A stretch of DNA of 64,000 bases from an uncultured virus (IMG/VR IMGVR_UViG_3300044679_000029). Its lineage: Duplodnaviria > Heunggongvirae > Uroviricota > Caudoviricetes. Where the stretch lies: positions 32,001-96,000 of the IMG/VR virus record IMGVR_UViG_3300044679_000029; one strand, given 5' to 3'. Shown one piece after another: positions 47,256 to 58,187 of this stretch (the stretch's first letter is position 1; each line of letters starts with the position of its first letter). The position numbers were made by a program, and so were the translations under genes. A model generated the notes under the pieces. That model did no database searches. It saw only the letters and a list, made by a program, of their open reading frames with translations, and had not been told where the DNA came from.

Positions 47256-49013
47256 TTATAATGCCTTGCCGTCGTTCCAGATACCCTTTATGAAGTCGAA
47301 TAATAATCCGACGACATTCGTCTGTGCTGGTATTTGGCTATCCGCTGTGGCCGTAGAATTTGTAATAGTATTAGAGCCATCTGCGTTATTCGTAGCGGTT
47401 GCATTCTGCGTCTGTGTTACTGCTGCTGAACTAAAATCACCGCGGTCGGCCGTACAAAGAAAGTTAGATCGGCTTTGAGCTTTTGCCAAATCATAGGCAT
47501 GTAAAACTACAGCCTTATAGCCCTTGGTGCTGGCGTTAGCGACAGCACCAAGAATATTATTGACGGCCTGGTTAGTGGGTTGTGCCAATACATCTTGCGG
47601 TGGTAGGAAAACAGAATTAAAAGCTGCCGGGCTATTAGCGGGGTTCTGGATTTGTGAGAATAAATCTGCAAATGGGAATCCGCCAAGTGTAGGGTCCGCC
47701 GGAACTTTCGGATGGTCCCAGGTTGTCCACGGTAAAACTCTCGTGGGCGTCTGGGGAATATTCAATCCGCCTTCTGCGCTGCCGCACTGGTTTATGACTT
47801 GCGCTAAAGCCGCGTTCATAGCAGCAGTGACTGGATCGCCATATCGACCCTCTAATACGATATGAACACAACTGGCGTCTAGCACACTCACGTTACTCTG
47901 TGATGGGGGGAACGTCTCGTATAGAGGACCGTCGCTTAATGCCGTAGTAGTTAAAAGTTTATGCCGACGGTTATTACTACCAGACAGAGTGTCGGCGAGA
48001 TTGGCAAACTGTGTCAAGAAACTAATTTGATAGTTAGAAGACCCTACTGCAATATTTTGTGACGCGATGTAGGCTCGTGTCTGATGTAAAAATTTGCTTA
48101 GTTTTTTTGGTCCGCCCTGCACGTTGGTGTCGTACAACATGGCAAATGCCCGTTGCGACGTAAGACTACAGGTTTTTGCAAACGGTACGGCGGTATCAAA
48201 ATAGAGCTGTCTTGCTAGTGTTCGCTGCACTTTTTGAAACGGGGCATACTGACCCGCTGCCGAAAACTGCAACCGATAACCAGATAGATTAGTGGCTCGA
48301 CTAGTTATCACGGACTTATTTAATAGCGTTGGAGCGAGAGAACCAAAAATAGAATTAAATTCTACACTGCTGGATTGATTCATTGCAACGCAAAGATTAT
48401 ACAAAGAACCTTTAATCTGGTTAAATTGAATAATACCGAATGCGATTCCATTATTATTATCGTTCGGATTAAACGCTGAGTACAGATTATCCCCGCCCTC
48501 GAACGATACTGTTAGTTCTATGATACCGTCGATCAAACCATCTGGTGTTAAGTCCATTGGGTTTGGTGGTGACTGCGGACCGAGTTGTAGGTAGTGAGCA
48601 GTATTAGCCAGGTCAACCATCTGAATGATGCTACCGTTATAGCCGATAGCGATGTGTGGAATAATTGGGTTTTGTGGTGTGTCTAAAAACGATTGAATGA
48701 CCGGTAGCAATGCCGCTTGCGAGATTGATGCGTTTGCTGTGCCAGCCCTGTTTAAAATAAAGTAAGTAGGCTGATACGACCCGCGTCCAGCGTCGTATTT
48801 AGCGCCTGGTGCGGCAGGGAAAAACTGTGCCGAAGTTAATACCTCACCAACAGTAATTTGAGACCCGACTGCCGGGGAAAGATTCTGGTAAGCTGATATA
48901 TTGCTGGCAGATAGTTGGCCCTGCTGAGCGATAAAGTTTTGAAAGCTCTGCGCAAAGCTGGCGCTAGCAGTCAAAGACTGGGACACTATAGCTGGAGGAG
49001 TTGCCGGTATCAC
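47256..49013 (-). CDS. tail-associated peptidoglycan hydrolase
   Basis: FEGG...GIAFGIIQFN lysozyme-like core flanked by amidase_2-like halves. Confidence 0.6.
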   Translation of the reverse strand: MIPATPPAIVSQSLTASASFAQSFQNFIAQQGQLSASNISAYQNLSPAVGSQITVGEVLTSAQFFPAAPGAKYDAGRGSYQPTYFILNRAGTANASISQAALLPVIQSFLDTPQNPIIPHIAIGYNGSIIQMVDLANTAHYLQLGPQSPPNPMDLTPDGLIDGIIELTVSFEGGDNLYSAFNPNDNNNGIAFGIIQFNQIKGSLYNLCVAMNQSSSVEFNSIFGSLAPTLLNKSVITSRATNLSGYRLQFSAAGQYAPFQKVQRTLARQLYFDTAVPFAKTCSLTSQRAFAMLYDTNVQGGPKKLSKFLHQTRAYIASQNIAVGSSNYQISFLTQFANLADTLSGSNNRRHKLLTTTALSDGPLYETFPPSQSNVSVLDASCVHIVLEGRYGDPVTAAMNAALAQVINQCGSAEGGLNIPQTPTRVLPWTTWDHPKVPADPTLGGFPFADLFSQIQNPANSPAAFNSVFLPPQDVLAQPTNQAVNNILGAVANASTKGYKAVVLHAYDLAKAQSRSNFLCTADRGDFSSAAVTQTQNATATNNADGSNTITNSTATADSQIPAQTNVVGLLFDFIKGIWNDGKAL

Positions 49014-49714
49014 TTCTTATCGCCCGCCTTTTGCATCTCTTGAATTCTAGTGACTAACTTCTTCTTGGCGTAATTTAACTGTCCTACATTCATCTCTAAT
49101 TTTTTAGCTAATTGCTTGGCGTTTAACTTCTCTGCGCCACCGTATCCGGTTAGGTGCTCAAATAGTTTCTGGTCTGCAGGAGCTAAGCCGTGATAGATAT
49201 AGACGATGTTTGAGTCGTCTTCAGCGTTACCCGAAACCGGCAAGGTAGTCAAGCTCTCGATATTCTCAGCGTGGCGAAAAGGTTGAAGCTTCTTGATTGA
49301 GGCTTGAGACCATGATAGATGATCAGCTAACTCGTCTATAGTTGGCTCCCGTCCGTGGTGGGCTTCGAGTTCTTTGGTCGCGCTGTTTAATGTATTGATT
49401 CGTAAAAGTGCGAGTTCCGGTATTCGCGCGAGGTTCTGACTTTCATAGACGATACGTGAAAGTTTTTGAAGACGGTTAGTAACGTGTGTACCTAAGGATG
49501 CGCCGAACTTAGGGTCATAAGAATGGAGTGCCTCGACAGCTAGGCGCCGAGCTTCTATAGTAAGCGGCACTGACGAAATGGCTCCGCTCCATCTACCGAC
49601 TTCTTTTCCTATCAGAGGCGTTAAATTATCCAGCAGCGGAGACAAGTTTTTGGACGTAGGAGTCTTCTTCCACGTTTTCCACAATTCTACGTCTTTATCT
49701 CTATTTATTGGCAT
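49010..49714 (-). CDS. sigma-70-like factor (possible late sigma)
   Basis: EALHSYDPKFGASLGTHV, GREPTIDELADHL, C-terminal HTH. Confidence 0.75.
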   Translation of the reverse strand: MPINRDKDVELWKTWKKTPTSKNLSPLLDNLTPLIGKEVGRWSGAISSVPLTIEARRLAVEALHSYDPKFGASLGTHVTNRLQKLSRIVYESQNLARIPELALLRINTLNSATKELEAHHGREPTIDELADHLSWSQASIKKLQPFRHAENIESLTTLPVSGNAEDDSNIVYIYHGLAPADQKLFEHLTGYGGAEKLNAKQLAKKLEMNVGQLNYAKKKLVTRIQEMQKAGDKK

Positions 49715-49723
49715 ATAGTAATT

Positions 49724-52489
49724 TTAACCACCCACAGGAACTTTACCAAGAACCTTATTTCTATAGTTCATGATAGCTGTGCCCCAGTCCTGGCTTAAAT
49801 CCGCGTCCACCGGTTGCGAAATATTACCAGACGTTGCAGGATACTCGACAGGTGGCGTAGCCGAAGCAACCGAATAATTCAGAATTTGGTTATAGTATAC
49901 TGCGCCTAAACCGCTTGAGCTGGTAGCTGCGACAGGGTCTATACGCACACCCTTAGGACCAATAAAGTCAATGTACTGATCTAGTGTGCATATGGGACGA
50001 GAACCAGCTATAAGAGCAGACGTAGAGTGCGCTGCTAGTTGCGCGTACAAAGGTTTTAATTGAAAATCTGGCTGGCCGTCTTGAGACGTTGCATTAGATT
50101 CTACTGCAGCCGCCTGTGTCTGACCTGGCAGCGGGGCTGTGACATCAAAATAAATATCATCCGGCGTTTGAGGACTATCAGGGTTGTACACACCTAACGC
50201 ATCACGCCAACTAAATACAGAAACCCGGTTAGCAGGAAGTTGCGCCTGAAAGAATAACTCACTGTAATACTGTGAGGCATTTCCTATGTTTTGGAATGTC
50301 TCGCGTATAATCGGGATTGGGGACGCAGGGCTAGCGTCGAGTGTGCCAGCTTGAAAACCCTGTAAAGTATTAACTTGTGTCTGAAGAGGCGTGACAACCG
50401 ATTGGGCGTTATTGGCGGCGGTTTGTGCGGCATTTAGGTCGGCGCTATCTGTAGCTAATTGTTCTTGCGCCGCGGATACTGCTTGCTGGTCTGCGGTTAT
50501 AACGTCCTCTGATGCGTTAGCCGCCTGGTCTGCGCGTAACTGAGCTTGTGCTGCAGCAACCGCCGCTTGATCGGCTGTTATAGTGGCAGATGATGACTGC
50601 TGAACGCCGGTGAGCGTAGCATTTGCTTCGTCTAAAGCCTGTTGTGCGACCGTTAGATTCGCCTGAGTTAATTGGTAATTAGCGGTATTAATCGCTACGT
50701 TGTCTGCGGCTATAACTGACTCGGCGGCATTTACTTTAGTGTCTGCTGCTAACTTTTCTTGCGCGTCTGTTAACTTTTGCTCCGCGGTTTCAACGTCTAC
50801 CTGCTGTGCATTAAAGTTATACCCGGCCGAAAAATTCGTAAACAAACCAATGTCGTTAGCATAGGCATCAAAGAAATCACTAAACGTTTGCGCGTATGTA
50901 TACCCGATTTGAGTTGAAAATTCGCTGGGCGATAAAGTATGTGTTACAGTAGTGAAATAGGCAAAGACGTGGTTACCAACTTCTAGATTATCAAAGACCA
51001 CACCGGGATGACCGGCGCATACGTACGGGTCAAATATGGTTACGACCGCACCAGACTTGGCTTGAGCTTGCATTCGTAGAAGTTCAGAGTCAGCATAAAG
51101 CTGATATATGATATTGTTATTAGCTGGAGTATTAGACTGGGATGTTGCCTGTGCTAAATACATAAACCAAGAAGGCGTAGCTTCTCTAGCTACCACTGGA
51201 CCTAAGAAATACTCCGTTGGCCATATTAGAAAGTTCTTACCAGAACGAATCATGTTTGGCTGATTTATTAAAGCCGCAATTTCTTGTTGTGCGCGCGCAG
51301 GAGCGGCGACTGTTGTCGCGTTTAATGCACTGAATCCTGCAGAACCAGACGCATCTGAAAGAATTAACGAAGATATCATTTCATCATTTATGTACGCACG
51401 CGTAGGCTGTTGTTGATAATTTTCACCGTAAGCGAACGACTTAATCATAGACGGGTACAAAACGTTACAGGATGGCGGTACACAAAACTGTAACGCCGGC
51501 TTAGTAACATAATTCATTAGTCGCACTGGATTGGTGGGTGAAGCGGGACCAGAGCCCGGTGTACCGGCTGTGGTGCTACCGCCGTTTGCAAACTGTGGCG
51601 GTCCTTGTACGACGCCGGATAAACTAGTTGTAACAATAGCTGGAGCAGGATTTAGACCAATCTCGTAATAAACCTTTTGGAATATGTTATGAAGAAGTTC
51701 CCACATATTACTCGAATTCGCTATGCGATCCCCTTGTTGTGCTAGAGCGGGCATAAATTGCTTTAAAGCTTCATCTGACTGTACAACTTGCATCAACGGA
51801 AATAAACTTCCGGGGTATTGACTAAGTTCGGCCTCTAATACGGGCGAGGGCGCGATTCTATTTAAAAAATTATTCTTACGAATCCATCGACTAAAAAAAT
51901 TTACCGTTACAGATGATTTGTATTGTTCGTAGCAAGACACCCCACAAAGGGCATTCAATAAATTCGATATAAAGTCAAAAGGTCTGGTTATGAATTTTCC
52001 GCTTGAATTATCTAGGCCCTGATAAAATAATGCCGCCGGAAAAGTAAACTCCGAGATAGGCATCGGGACTAGCGATGCTGGCGGCTCTATTGATCCTTGA
52101 AGAAGATCTCCGTAGTTTGTCATTAGATACGGAAATAACTGAGTAAATATGGAAAAATAATCCACAGCCTGAAACACCATGCTTCGGCCGTTAGACGTAT
52201 TCTGATACTGCCAGCCGACTATCTCGCCTTCAGCGAGCAACCTGAAATCAGGCGGTTTTCCTGTGGCCTGCGTATAAGCGTTATCTAAGTAAAAAACTTG
52301 TACTGGAACCCGGTCCGCCTTTCCTAAACGTATAAGCTCTCTATCAGGAGCGACTTCAATATTTATAGTTGGAAATTGCCATACACCCGAACTAACTGTC
52401 ACGCTAAGCGTCGGGCAGAATTGGCCAGCCACATAGACGATATAGCTGCCTCTTTGTGGTTGATTTGAGGAAAACTGTAGAGTTGCCAT
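49724..52489 (-). CDS. baseplate hub/tail protein
   Basis: 921 aa in tail block; coiled-coil insert; FDPYV.AG.PGVV. Confidence 0.6.
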   Translation of the reverse strand: MATLQFSSNQPQRGSYIVYVAGQFCPTLSVTVSSGVWQFPTINIEVAPDRELIRLGKADRVPVQVFYLDNAYTQATGKPPDFRLLAEGEIVGWQYQNTSNGRSMVFQAVDYFSIFTQLFPYLMTNYGDLLQGSIEPPASLVPMPISEFTFPAALFYQGLDNSSGKFITRPFDFISNLLNALCGVSCYEQYKSSVTVNFFSRWIRKNNFLNRIAPSPVLEAELSQYPGSLFPLMQVVQSDEALKQFMPALAQQGDRIANSSNMWELLHNIFQKVYYEIGLNPAPAIVTTSLSGVVQGPPQFANGGSTTAGTPGSGPASPTNPVRLMNYVTKPALQFCVPPSCNVLYPSMIKSFAYGENYQQQPTRAYINDEMISSLILSDASGSAGFSALNATTVAAPARAQQEIAALINQPNMIRSGKNFLIWPTEYFLGPVVAREATPSWFMYLAQATSQSNTPANNNIIYQLYADSELLRMQAQAKSGAVVTIFDPYVCAGHPGVVFDNLEVGNHVFAYFTTVTHTLSPSEFSTQIGYTYAQTFSDFFDAYANDIGLFTNFSAGYNFNAQQVDVETAEQKLTDAQEKLAADTKVNAAESVIAADNVAINTANYQLTQANLTVAQQALDEANATLTGVQQSSSATITADQAAVAAAQAQLRADQAANASEDVITADQQAVSAAQEQLATDSADLNAAQTAANNAQSVVTPLQTQVNTLQGFQAGTLDASPASPIPIIRETFQNIGNASQYYSELFFQAQLPANRVSVFSWRDALGVYNPDSPQTPDDIYFDVTAPLPGQTQAAAVESNATSQDGQPDFQLKPLYAQLAAHSTSALIAGSRPICTLDQYIDFIGPKGVRIDPVAATSSSGLGAVYYNQILNYSVASATPPVEYPATSGNISQPVDADLSQDWGTAIMNYRNKVLGKVPVGG

Positions 52490-52503
52490 ATATGTATGTT
52501 AAT

Positions 52504-53058
52504 TTAACTACCGCGTAAAGTCAAGACTGAAGATAAACAAATCGCCGTAGCTATACTACAAACTCTATATACTGGCGACTCCTGTTGAGAAACGTTAGAA
52601 CTTAGAAGATTAAGATGCGGGGTTGGAATACCTCTAGACGCCAGTTCAGCTGACATTCTTGGATACATGGGGTACAACCCGCTTAACGCGGCGTCTACCA
52701 CAGTAGTACGTTTGCGCTGACATAATATTCCGGTGTCAGGGAATAACCCAGGATATAAATCGTTTAGGATTCCGGATAAACCCGTAGTCGCCATATAGAA
52801 CAAAACTGTTCTAGCTATACTAACATTCCAGTTTGAATTAGTACAGTTATTAACGAATGTATTTCGAAATATTTCAGTGTAAGGGTAGTCAGGTTCTGGC
52901 GTAAGAATCTGTGTCTCTATAGCCGACAGAGTAGGTGGGGACATCGATGTTTGTAATGACTCAAAACATACAAGTGTTTCAGGTGTGGGAGGCGGAATCT
53001 CAAAGCCTAGCGGGTAGGCTAGGGGCGCGTTAAGTGAATTCCATCCGTATATTGGCAT
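52504..53058 (-). CDS. virion structural protein
   Basis: Operon packing. Confidence 0.55.
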   Translation of the reverse strand: MPIYGWNSLNAPLAYPLGFEIPPPTPETLVCFESLQTSMSPPTLSAIETQILTPEPDYPYTEIFRNTFVNNCTNSNWNVSIARTVLFYMATTGLSGILNDLYPGLFPDTGILCQRKRTTVVDAALSGLYPMYPRMSAELASRGIPTPHLNLLSSNVSQQESPVYRVCSIATAICLSSVLTLRGS

Positions 53059-53060
53059 AG

Positions 53061-54011
53061 TTAATTACCTGAAGTGTAGTCTTGCGCGGATGGGTCAGAT
53101 TCTGGTACTGGTGTATAAGTCCAGTCGTCCATTTGTTGCCCAGTGGTTTCGTCCGCGGGTGGTTCGTTATTATCCTGAGCCGCGTTAGGAGCAAGTCTGG
53201 GGGGAACACCCATAGCAGCAGATAGGGTCATAGGAACAAGTTGCGGTGGCTGTATAACTGACACACCAGTAAGCCCTGCCGTAAAACCAGTATTAAGCTG
53301 CGTAGGTTGCCAGGTTGGTTGAAGTGTTACATCAACCTGAGTTACAATCATCTGGAAGCTAAAATTGTAAGCCATCTGCATCTCTGCGCGCATTGACTTG
53401 CCAACGTTAATCATTGTGCCGGTGACAACCTTGTTATCGTATCGGAGTCTAAGAGTCTGTTGGATATCGGCCATCTTAGACGCACGCAAAACATTATCAT
53501 ATAGAATATCAAACGCGGCAGCCCAGTCATCCTGTTTCGTATTAAATAGCCAACCAGAAAAACTCCAGATTGGAGCGTGTTGCCCGAAAACGTAGGTAAC
53601 GAAGTCGTCTGATAATACTTCAGATATTTGGTATCGTTCGTCGCGGCGCTCCTCTACTTCTGACAATAGAAAATCTACATAACCAGTTCCGCCGGTTGCT
53701 GACCCCAATCCATTATCAGTGCCCATCAAAGCCAGTAACATGGGCTGGGCGTCCGGACTCTTAATAGCCCCAAATAACTGTGGATATAGTTGTGACGGAT
53801 CTCCCTGAACGTTTATAAACAACCGTGCCTGTGAAGCAATACTGGCGTCACCATTGGAATTATTATACTTTAACTGTGATGCTGGGAACTCAGCATACAC
53901 ACCCTGTTCATTAGATGTGACAGTAAGAACTTGTGTTAGAGGCGTAGCTGAAGCTGTGAGACCGGTGGCTCCGCCTAAAATAGTATTCTGTGGGTTTACT
54001 GAATCAGCCAT
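53061..54011 (-). CDS. tail tube-initiator-like protein
   Basis: FLL..VEE...ERYQI...YVFG....WSFSG pattern; follows tape measure. Confidence 0.55.
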   Translation of the reverse strand: MADSVNPQNTILGGATGLTASATPLTQVLTVTSNEQGVYAEFPASQLKYNNSNGDASIASQARLFINVQGDPSQLYPQLFGAIKSPDAQPMLLALMGTDNGLGSATGGTGYVDFLLSEVEERRDERYQISEVLSDDFVTYVFGQHAPIWSFSGWLFNTKQDDWAAAFDILYDNVLRASKMADIQQTLRLRYDNKVVTGTMINVGKSMRAEMQMAYNFSFQMIVTQVDVTLQPTWQPTQLNTGFTAGLTGVSVIQPPQLVPMTLSAAMGVPPRLAPNAAQDNNEPPADETTGQQMDDWTYTPVPESDPSAQDYTSGN

Positions 54012-54195
54012 TGGTGGTCGGCGTGTCCTGTGTAATTAGAGGGATAATTCCTTCATTATTAACTACTACTTCAGCGATAGCTTGAATAGGTAAAACACTA
54101 ACGGCCGGCGTTAATCCACGGCGTGCATTTGCGATTAGAAGTTGAGATATAAAATTTAGAACGTCGACTGGCGAAGGTTTTATAATTATATTCAT
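54004..54195 (-). CDS. small hypothetical protein
   Basis: Fills gap between tape measure and next gene. Confidence 0.5.
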   Translation of the reverse strand: MNIIIKPSPVDVLNFISQLLIANARRGLTPAVSVLPIQAIAEVVVNNEGIIPLITQDTPTTNG

Positions 54196-54196
54196 A

Positions 54197-57100
54197 TTAC
54201 CATCCGTTATCTGGGTTACTTACGGAATCAAGTGCCGGGCCTAGACCTAAATCGCCTAAAGCCTTAGAAATCAAAATAGCACTATGACCAAACGAGGATA
54301 CACTATCAGAAAATTCCGCCGAGGATTTCGCGAAAGCTTCCATGTTCGCAGCGGTGCTGGCGCTTCCTTCTGCTCCGGTTCTCGCGACAGCTGCGTTTAG
54401 ATCTATAACCTTAGTGGGGTCTAATCCCTTTTGGGCTGCTGCCATTGAATAAACTTTTTGGTCAGATTTTCCGACGGCAGCGTGACCCAAACTCTGTCGT
54501 AGACCAGCTACGCTGGTCACACCAAACGCGTTCTGTATGCCCTTTTCCTGTGCTGTCTGATTAATGCTTTCGCCGGCTAATGTCGCCGCTATTACATTAG
54601 ATCGCTTGTCAGCAGAGGTTGCTCCTCTAAAATGTTCTCTAAGACTACGCATTTCCCCATTACTACTACTTCTAACATCGGTCATTAACGCTTCAAACGC
54701 GGATCGCTGTTTATTCGTCTTTAAGGTTTTACTGAACTTTCGGAGACTTTGTGCGTCACCAAACATAGCTTCTGCAACCCACTTCTCGGCCTCGTTCTTA
54801 CCAGTCGCCCCGCCCTCGAATGCTCTATTCGCGAGACCCTGTAGTTGTACAGATTCGGTTGTAGCCGCTTTATTACTCCAAATACCAGACGAATACTTAT
54901 TCATCTCATTGTAGTTTGCTGACCGCGCTGCGTCGTGCACGGCGTCTATAGATGTAGCGTTTTCTATAGCCGTAAGTTCGCCGGCTGCGCCTCTTTCTCG
55001 TGCAACATGCCGCGCTATAAGTTCTGGACTTGTATTATCCTTTGCTGCCTGAAATCCGGCAGAGTGAAGCATTTTAATAGTATTTGGATCAGAAATAAGC
55101 GCTGCACGGTATTGCACGGGAATTTTTTGTAAAGCTTCCTGCATAGCAACATCTGTTGATTTATCCTTACTACCAAAAAGGCCGCCTAATACAGTGTCGC
55201 CGCTAGTGGCTGATGTCGCCAAAGAAGTACCATAGGCATCAATAAATGCCTGAGTTATCGCCTCTGGAACGTTCTTTTTCTTGAGAGCCGCTATAGCTTT
55301 ATCGTTTTGTTGATAATTCTGTGTAGCTGTGTTCTTTGACATCGTATCCAAGCGTCGAGCGTTTCTCTTTAATCTAGTCTCTCCTGCTTGTAAACCCGCT
55401 ATATGTCTTGGTGTGGCAGACATAAGACCCATACCGAGGATACCTTGGATGGGACCCATACCGGGGATACTACTTTGGATGGGACCCATACCTTGGATGG
55501 GACCCATACCGAGGATACCTTGGATGGTACCCATATCGATGATACTTTGGATGGGACCGGAGCGTGCTAATAATCCAGGTAGACCGCCTTGCGCCTCTGT
55601 AATACTTAATTGCGCCGCGCCTACGCCGTTTCGTGTTAACATTCTATTATACGCACCACCCACTGTAGGGTCGTGAGACAGATTGTTATAACCAGCGTAA
55701 TCAGCGAAACCGAATGAACGTTTTCCAGCATTTATTCCTATATCGCCAAAATCTTCTACATGTAAGCCCAGAGCAGCGTTACGCTCATTTTGTTCTTTTC
55801 CGGCAAGCCAGTCTCCAACTCTAGCGAAACCGGTATTCCACGCTTCTCCGACGGCACTTATACCGGTGGCTCTTGCTATACCGTGTCCTAATCTAGAGAA
55901 CGCTCCTGGAGCCCGCCGCATCTTCTCAGCATTTTCAACTCTAACTCGTGCGTCTTCATTTTGTGTCTGCTGCATCAAATTCTTATAGGTTTCTGGGTTA
56001 GAATATTGATTTACGAATGCCGTAGCTTCCGTACCGGACATGCCGAACGTATGACGCATAGCGGTAGTCAAAGAGATATTATTACCCATCTCTCTTTGAA
56101 CCATTTTAGCTATCTGTAATTGCATCAACGGCATCATTTCAGGACCGACTGCTTGCGCAAATTGGCTACGAAGTTCTGGCATCTGATTTGCTAGAGCCTG
56201 GATATCTGCTGGTCCGTGGATGTTGCCTGTACCGCGGGCGATGACAGAAGATAGAGTTCCGCCGGATGACATTAACTCCTTGATACGGCCGGGGTCCAAG
56301 GACAAATTACCGTTAGCTCCGTGCTGTACTAAGAACGGCATTAATTGCGCTAGACCTTGGCCACCTAAAAATCCTGCGGCGGCGTTAGTACGCGACTGGG
56401 CGACACCAGATACGCCGCCCAGTAGACCCAGTTGAAGATTTGAAATAGACCCTGTATTAACTGCTTGCTGTGCTTGCGCCAAGGATTGTGCCCCAAAACG
56501 CATTCCTTGGAAACCGCTTAGACCGGCGTTTTGAAACGCTAGTGCTCCAGGCATAGCGCCACGTTCCATAACACCTTGGAAATTTGTACCGGCCATTCTA
56601 GCAGCGGCGTCCATTCCTCGAACAGCTTCTAGCATCTCCGGTCTACTACCGCCCAGTCGGCGCATTTCTCCCATAAGAGAAATAGAGTGACGAATGTCGG
56701 GATCGCCGATTATTCTAGCAAAAGTTCCAACGATCTTGCTAATATCACGAACTGATGAAATAATCTGATCAGCGTTATGCGCCGCATCTAATAGGCCAAC
56801 ATCGCCGGCGTACTGAGTTATATTTACAATATCTCGACGATTAAACATACCATGAGATTGATCGGCTATTTGTCCGGCTGATCTGGCTACGCGCATGGCT
56901 CCTGGAAGAGCTAAACCCTGACCGGTGACGTCCATACCCTGGCCACCAACCATATATCTCTGTGAGGCTTGAGAAAGACGTATACCATATCCGTAGTCTC
57001 TCAACGCAGGTTGAAACATAGCAGACACAGTACCGTGCAAACCTGGGATAGCGTTCGCAGCAATTCCGCCGATAGCTGCGCCGGTCTGTGCCCCGCTAAC

Positions 57101-57691
57101 ACCACCGAAATATCCGCCGATACCTGCGCCGATAACCGTCCCTGCGATGTCTGTGAGAGTTGTAGCACCGGCGTTCATAGCCGCGATCTCTTGTGCGGCT
57201 GTATACCTGGCCTGCTGATTGCCGTAATTATAACCCATCATTTCAGGACGGCTGAACATAGACATTTCGGGCATCGCTGGAAATGGTGTATACGGCGTCA
57301 TGGGGCGTTGACGATAATTACCATAACTTAGCGGTGACGGTGTTATATTACGGAACCCGCCAAGCTGGGGCGGGGTAAGATATTGAAACTGCGGCAAATT
57401 CATAGACGTTTGCCCGTTTATACCACCGGCTATGGCTGCGGTTGCGTACGGCATCTGATATGAAGCTGCCAACGCCGGGTTACTAAATGTGATAGCTGGA
57501 GGCGTAATTGGAGCTGAAGGCGTAATTGGAGCTGGAGGCGTAATTAAGGTATGGTTATAGCTGGTGTAACTACCATATATATTTGGGGCCATTGCTGGCG
57601 TCTGAGAATAGCCAACACCGCCAGACCTGGTTGTGGTGTAGGCGTCAGCACCAATTATATCATTTAAGTCGCGGTCGCTACGGTCTGCCAT
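54197..57691 (-). CDS. tape measure protein
   Basis: 1164 aa, Gly/Ala/Met-rich, helical, at head of tail operon. Confidence 0.75.
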   Translation of the reverse strand: MADRSDRDLNDIIGADAYTTTRSGGVGYSQTPAMAPNIYGSYTSYNHTLITPPAPITPSAPITPPAITFSNPALAASYQMPYATAAIAGGINGQTSMNLPQFQYLTPPQLGGFRNITPSPLSYGNYRQRPMTPYTPFPAMPEMSMFSRPEMMGYNYGNQQARYTAAQEIAAMNAGATTLTDIAGTVIGAGIGGYFGGVSGAQTGAAIGGIAANAIPGLHGTVSAMFQPALRDYGYGIRLSQASQRYMVGGQGMDVTGQGLALPGAMRVARSAGQIADQSHGMFNRRDIVNITQYAGDVGLLDAAHNADQIISSVRDISKIVGTFARIIGDPDIRHSISLMGEMRRLGGSRPEMLEAVRGMDAAARMAGTNFQGVMERGAMPGALAFQNAGLSGFQGMRFGAQSLAQAQQAVNTGSISNLQLGLLGGVSGVAQSRTNAAAGFLGGQGLAQLMPFLVQHGANGNLSLDPGRIKELMSSGGTLSSVIARGTGNIHGPADIQALANQMPELRSQFAQAVGPEMMPLMQLQIAKMVQREMGNNISLTTAMRHTFGMSGTEATAFVNQYSNPETYKNLMQQTQNEDARVRVENAEKMRRAPGAFSRLGHGIARATGISAVGEAWNTGFARVGDWLAGKEQNERNAALGLHVEDFGDIGINAGKRSFGFADYAGYNNLSHDPTVGGAYNRMLTRNGVGAAQLSITEAQGGLPGLLARSGPIQSIIDMGTIQGILGMGPIQGMGPIQSSIPGMGPIQGILGMGLMSATPRHIAGLQAGETRLKRNARRLDTMSKNTATQNYQQNDKAIAALKKKNVPEAITQAFIDAYGTSLATSATSGDTVLGGLFGSKDKSTDVAMQEALQKIPVQYRAALISDPNTIKMLHSAGFQAAKDNTSPELIARHVARERGAAGELTAIENATSIDAVHDAARSANYNEMNKYSSGIWSNKAATTESVQLQGLANRAFEGGATGKNEAEKWVAEAMFGDAQSLRKFSKTLKTNKQRSAFEALMTDVRSSSNGEMRSLREHFRGATSADKRSNVIAATLAGESINQTAQEKGIQNAFGVTSVAGLRQSLGHAAVGKSDQKVYSMAAAQKGLDPTKVIDLNAAVARTGAEGSASTAANMEAFAKSSAEFSDSVSSFGHSAILISKALGDLGLGPALDSVSNPDNGW
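55427..55558 (-). repeat. MGPIQG-type tandem repeats in tape measure
   Basis: Repeated TTGGATGGGACCCATACC units. Confidence 0.85.
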
Positions 57692-57727
57692 AGATATCTA
57701 ATTTTAGCGTTCTCATTAACTTGAGCA

Positions 57728-57743
57728 AAAATCTGGTATAAGA
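57728..57743 (+). promoter_or_regulatory. AAAATCTGGTATAAGA promoter motif
   Basis: Identical to 4242 and 22129. Confidence 0.7.
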
Positions 57744-57782
57744 TAATGAAGTCCAAACGTTCGCATTGCGAACTAACCGCGA

Positions 57783-57989
57783 GTGAATATGAAGAGACGA
57801 AGTGTTGAGGCAGCTGTGTACACGGTTGACAGCAAGACAAACGAACCGATTTCTTTTCTCTGCACGGATAAGCGATGCTTGGAGAAGCTAGCCGGCGAAG
57901 AGGTTGTCATCGTGCGACTGAACAGCAAAATCATCAACAAGGAGCAGCCGTACTGCATGTCGTGCAGGACGCCGCTGTCCTACTGCTGA
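57783..57989 (+). CDS. small Cys-rich protein
   Basis: C...C and CMSC; follows promoter. Confidence 0.55.
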   Translation: MNMKRRSVEAAVYTVDSKTNEPISFLCTDKRCLEKLAGEEVVIVRLNSKIINKEQPYCMSCRTPLSYC

Positions 57990-58187
57990 TGCCTACAGAT
58001 TTTATGATCGCCACCTGGGTGGGTGCATGTGTGCTGGTCATTTTCGTGATCGACGTCGTCGAAACATACAAAGGGCGCTGATGGTCGGCGCAAGTTGGGA
58101 CAAATACACAAATCCCATGCTCGTGCGCTATTAGAACGAGAGACCGGTTGTCCTTGACATCGGGCAAGTACCTCTTATATTAATTGT

